Positions 60,761-64,000 of a stretch of DNA of 64,000 nt are shown here, piece by piece. The stretch is taken from positions 13,734 through 77,733 of the IMG/VR virus record IMGVR_UViG_3300020731_000774. The stretch is one strand, 5' to 3'. Below the pieces are notes generated by a model. It did not search any database. It was not told where the DNA came from and saw nothing but the letters and a program-made list of their open reading frames with translations. Source of the DNA: a virus. A program made the translations under genes and the position numbers. Position 1 is the stretch's first letter. Each line of letters begins with the position of its first letter.

Positions 60761-60820
60761 ACTTTTATTTTAATTTTTTTTAGTTAATGTATATATAAAA
60801 TGAAAAAAACGATATTTTTC

Positions 60821-61402
60821 TTATTTTTGTGGTATATTTTTCAAATTCGTTTCTGAATCCTTTAAATCTTTAATTATCTTATTCATTTTATCATCAAAAT
60901 CTTTCTTTGATTTATTATAATCTGCTGTTAGTTTAGATATAGAAGTGTTATTTAGGTTATCTCTATCATCTATCTCTTTTATTTTTTTTGTGATAGAATC
61001 AATTGCACTTTTATCCGTTTCAGCATTTTTATCTTGATTTAGATCATCTTTTGTTAATTTATCATCTAAATTACTTTTCTGTAAAGTTTCTATTTTTCTT
61101 TGTAAGTTAAGAACTGTTGTTAGTTCTTGTAAGAATGGATTTCTATCTTTATCAGTTTTATCATCTGATTTTCCTAATATCTTTTCTACTTCTGTTTTTA
61201 AAGATGTATCATCATAAAGTAAACTACCATCCGTATTTTTGGCAGTATATATTTTAATTAATTGATCCTTATATGTATTGTAGTCCTTAAGATATTCATC
61301 ATTTGTGTTGATATCTTGTTTCTCCATTTTTGTAGTTGGATCATCCGATAGATTTATTGTTAAATCCTCAAAGAACTTTTTATATGTTTTTAAATTTCTC
61401 AT
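60821..61402 (-). CDS. Coiled-coil late protein
   Basis: MRNLKTYKKFFE N-terminus; ATGA coupled. Confidence 0.65.
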   Translation of the reverse strand: MRNLKTYKKFFEDLTINLSDDPTTKMEKQDINTNDEYLKDYNTYKDQLIKIYTAKNTDGSLLYDDTSLKTEVEKILGKSDDKTDKDRNPFLQELTTVLNLQRKIETLQKSNLDDKLTKDDLNQDKNAETDKSAIDSITKKIKEIDDRDNLNNTSISKLTADYNKSKKDFDDKMNKIIKDLKDSETNLKNIPQK

Positions 61403-63873
61403 AATCTTTGGATATTTGTGTTATTGCTATTTTTAACCTTGGCTGTATTATTATCAACTGGTAAATTTGGTGTATATAATGTGTTATCATTATCAGTGCT
61501 TTGAGTTAACCAATAGAAGTTTTTAACAGTAACTGTTTCCGTTTTAATTTTAAACTCATTATCCAAATATGTTATTTTGGATCTATTTCCAAGTGTTAGG
61601 AATTCAGTTAATTTAGAAGCAGATGTATATTTAATTATATAACTCATTTCTTTATCCTCACTATTTTTAAATTTTTTATTTAAATTTAATTTTGCTAAAT
61701 CACCTTTATCAGTTCGTTTTATTCTACCGTCTTGAGCATCTTTATTTTTAGCATTTTTAACTAAATCATTAAAGAAACCATATGTTTTTGACATTGATAA
61801 GTAAATCTTATTATCATTGGATAGAACTCTGAAATATAATTGATCAGGTTTATTATTTTCATCTAAAATATCCACAGCAAATAATTGATTAGCTTTAACA
61901 TCTTCATTTTTAAAACCTTTTGTAAATCTTAGTTTTATTTCATTTTCTATTATTTTTTCAGCATTTTGTGAGTTCACAATACCTTCTTCTTTTGTTAATG
62001 TTAATGGGTTTTTACTTGTGTCTATATCAACGTCAAAATATTTGTTTATAAATTTAGCTTGTGCACCCTCTTTGCTATTTCCTGATATTCTATATAATTC
62101 TTCACCATCTAGTATATCATTCATAAATCTTCTTAGATTGGAACCAGCACCATCCTTTTCTTCATATTTATCATTAGATGTTTTAACTCTTAGTTTAGCT
62201 CTAAAAATTGGTGCATATTTTTTATCACCTAATATTTTTAAAACAGCATCTTCCCATATGTTGAATATTTTGTTATTTCTATATGGTCCGGACCAGCCAT
62301 TAAGTTGTCCACCTGATTGTTTAGAACCATAGGATGTGTATTCACCAAATGTTCTTGGGTCAACAGTCCCATTAGATCTTTTAGTTATGGTTGCAACAGT
62401 GAATATTTTATAAGCTCTATTAAATAATCTTATTATTTCAATAATTGGATCCATACCATTGATAACTATATTATCTGGATCTTTTGCAAGTTCTTCTAAA
62501 TTATTTTTTATTTTATCAGCTTCAGTTCTATCAATTACATAATCTTTGATTGTTTTGCAATTTTTATTAAAATAGTCATTTATTTTTTCTGATATAGTTC
62601 CTGTTTCTGGATCACTAGCACTTGTTTTATTTTCTTCCTCTTTTGTTTGAACTTCCTCTTCTGTTTGAACTTCTTGTTCGTTTATTTTAAGGAATGTTTT
62701 ATAGTTGAAAATTTTACTTTCTTGTTTAGCTTGTGGTTCTTCAACTTTTTTAGCAACTGGTCTAGCTTTATTAATAACTCTCATTGTTTCAATAAACTTT
62801 TTAAGAGGGTTTCCAAGATCACCTAAAAATTGGTATAAGTCTTCTTTTTCAAATTGGAAAGCTCTCTTAGCAAATTTTGCAATTTTTTCAGCAATTTGAT
62901 CAAGACCCTTATTTAAAATAAGATTTGTATCAGCCTCATATAATTTATCAGGTTCATAATTTAAAGTCTTTGCTTTATCACCTATTAAGAAGCGATTAAC
63001 CTCTGTGTATAATTTAATAATAGTATCTTTGTATTGATCAGCTTGGTTGATTATATTATTTAACAAATCCAAATCAACAGCTACTTTAATTTTCTTGTCT
63101 TTAAGATTATTAATACTAGCATTTAACTTTGTTAAAGCTTGTTCGCCATGTACTTGCTGGATATTTGTTTCAGATTCCTGAAGTTTTGCTACCGGTGCAG
63201 TTGCTGGTGTTGTTTGTTTTTGTGTATTTATTGTGGTTGATATATCTGTGTTTTCTCTATTATCTATGTTGGTTACTGTTGAATGTTGAACTATTAAAGA
63301 AAGTGCTTTTAAATTTTCAATCATAGATGGATACACAGCACTTATATCACTAACCTCTTCTTTCTCTTCAACCACTTTATTATCTTCCTTTAAACCATCT
63401 AAAAATGCTTTAAATGCCTCTAGTTCTTTGGTTAACTCTTCCTTTTTTTCTATTTCATTTTTATTAAGGAAAGTTATAGCTTCTGTTATTAATTTTAGAA
63501 TAACTTCTTTCTCTTCGTTTTTTTCAACAGCCACCTTAATAGAACTAAATATTTCACCAAGCATAACCCAATTAACATTCTTTTCAGTTTCTTCACCTGC
63601 TTTAGCAACAACCCCTTCTGCTAGAATTCTATCAAATTCAGAATATAATCTATTTATAACCGGTTTTATTTGTGTCATTGAAAGAGCAACTTGTGCCTTT
63701 CTTATATAATGATTGATTAATCTACCCAATATAGAATCATTCCAACCTGTTTCATTATAAAATGGACCACCATCTTCTTTTATTAATTCATATTTATTTA
63801 AAATGAAATCATTTTTAGTTTCATTTAGTTTGGTATTTCTTATGAAGTCGTCTCTTCTTGATAAATATTTCAT
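61399..63873 (-). CDS. Large hypothetical late (probably virion) protein
   Basis: 824 aa; MKYL..LNE and internal IFNYKTFLKINE motifs; TTAATATATA upstream. Confidence 0.65.
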   Translation of the reverse strand: MKYLSRRDDFIRNTKLNETKNDFILNKYELIKEDGGPFYNETGWNDSILGRLINHYIRKAQVALSMTQIKPVINRLYSEFDRILAEGVVAKAGEETEKNVNWVMLGEIFSSIKVAVEKNEEKEVILKLITEAITFLNKNEIEKKEELTKELEAFKAFLDGLKEDNKVVEEKEEVSDISAVYPSMIENLKALSLIVQHSTVTNIDNRENTDISTTINTQKQTTPATAPVAKLQESETNIQQVHGEQALTKLNASINNLKDKKIKVAVDLDLLNNIINQADQYKDTIIKLYTEVNRFLIGDKAKTLNYEPDKLYEADTNLILNKGLDQIAEKIAKFAKRAFQFEKEDLYQFLGDLGNPLKKFIETMRVINKARPVAKKVEEPQAKQESKIFNYKTFLKINEQEVQTEEEVQTKEEENKTSASDPETGTISEKINDYFNKNCKTIKDYVIDRTEADKIKNNLEELAKDPDNIVINGMDPIIEIIRLFNRAYKIFTVATITKRSNGTVDPRTFGEYTSYGSKQSGGQLNGWSGPYRNNKIFNIWEDAVLKILGDKKYAPIFRAKLRVKTSNDKYEEKDGAGSNLRRFMNDILDGEELYRISGNSKEGAQAKFINKYFDVDIDTSKNPLTLTKEEGIVNSQNAEKIIENEIKLRFTKGFKNEDVKANQLFAVDILDENNKPDQLYFRVLSNDNKIYLSMSKTYGFFNDLVKNAKNKDAQDGRIKRTDKGDLAKLNLNKKFKNSEDKEMSYIIKYTSASKLTEFLTLGNRSKITYLDNEFKIKTETVTVKNFYWLTQSTDNDNTLYTPNLPVDNNTAKVKNSNNTNIQRL

Positions 63874-64000
63874 GTTTGTAAATTATATTTTTATTATATA
63901 TTAAATAATTTAATGGTAAAATGTAATTTATTTTTAAAAAAAGTTTGGAAATATAAAAATGAATATATATATTTATAAAAAATAAGAAACTATGGAAGCT

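Noticed and set aside
1-64000. CRISPR array, tRNA, rRNA or IS element
   Set aside because: No regularly spaced repeats, cloverleaf, rRNA-like or transposase sequence seen; intergenic gaps are short and explained by promoters and terminators. Not confirmed by software.

Overview
Very AT-rich, gene-dense segment of a large T4-like (jumbo) myophage genome, read in genetic code 11. Host is probably a Bacteroidota: TAnnTTTG promoters, a Bacteroidota-type SerA-like dehydrogenase, and DUF6576-like motifs. Tail and baseplate genes: gp5-like, sheath, tube, gp26/gp51-like, tape-measure-like and a 1929-aa baseplate protein. Replication and recombination genes: split UvsW helicase, C-terminal half of a split family B DNA polymerase, primase, probable clamp, UvsY-like and gp47-like nuclease. 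Also a GH19 endolysin, ClpP, metabolic genes, three tandem C5 DNA methyltransferases and four free-standing endonucleases. Main observation: two replication genes next to HNH endonucleases carry small stop-containing inserts exactly inside conserved motifs (39 nt in PolB motif B, 4 nt in UvsW motif V). Each insert directly follows a coding-strand RNA hairpin, the architecture of the T4 mobA/gene 60 ribosomal-bypass cassette. Also seen: a candidate +1 frameshift at gp26/gp51, an HNH that carries a replacement copy of its target gene, three promoter classes, and a shared N-terminal motif on many late proteins. All product calls come from motif recognition by eye; no database searches were run.
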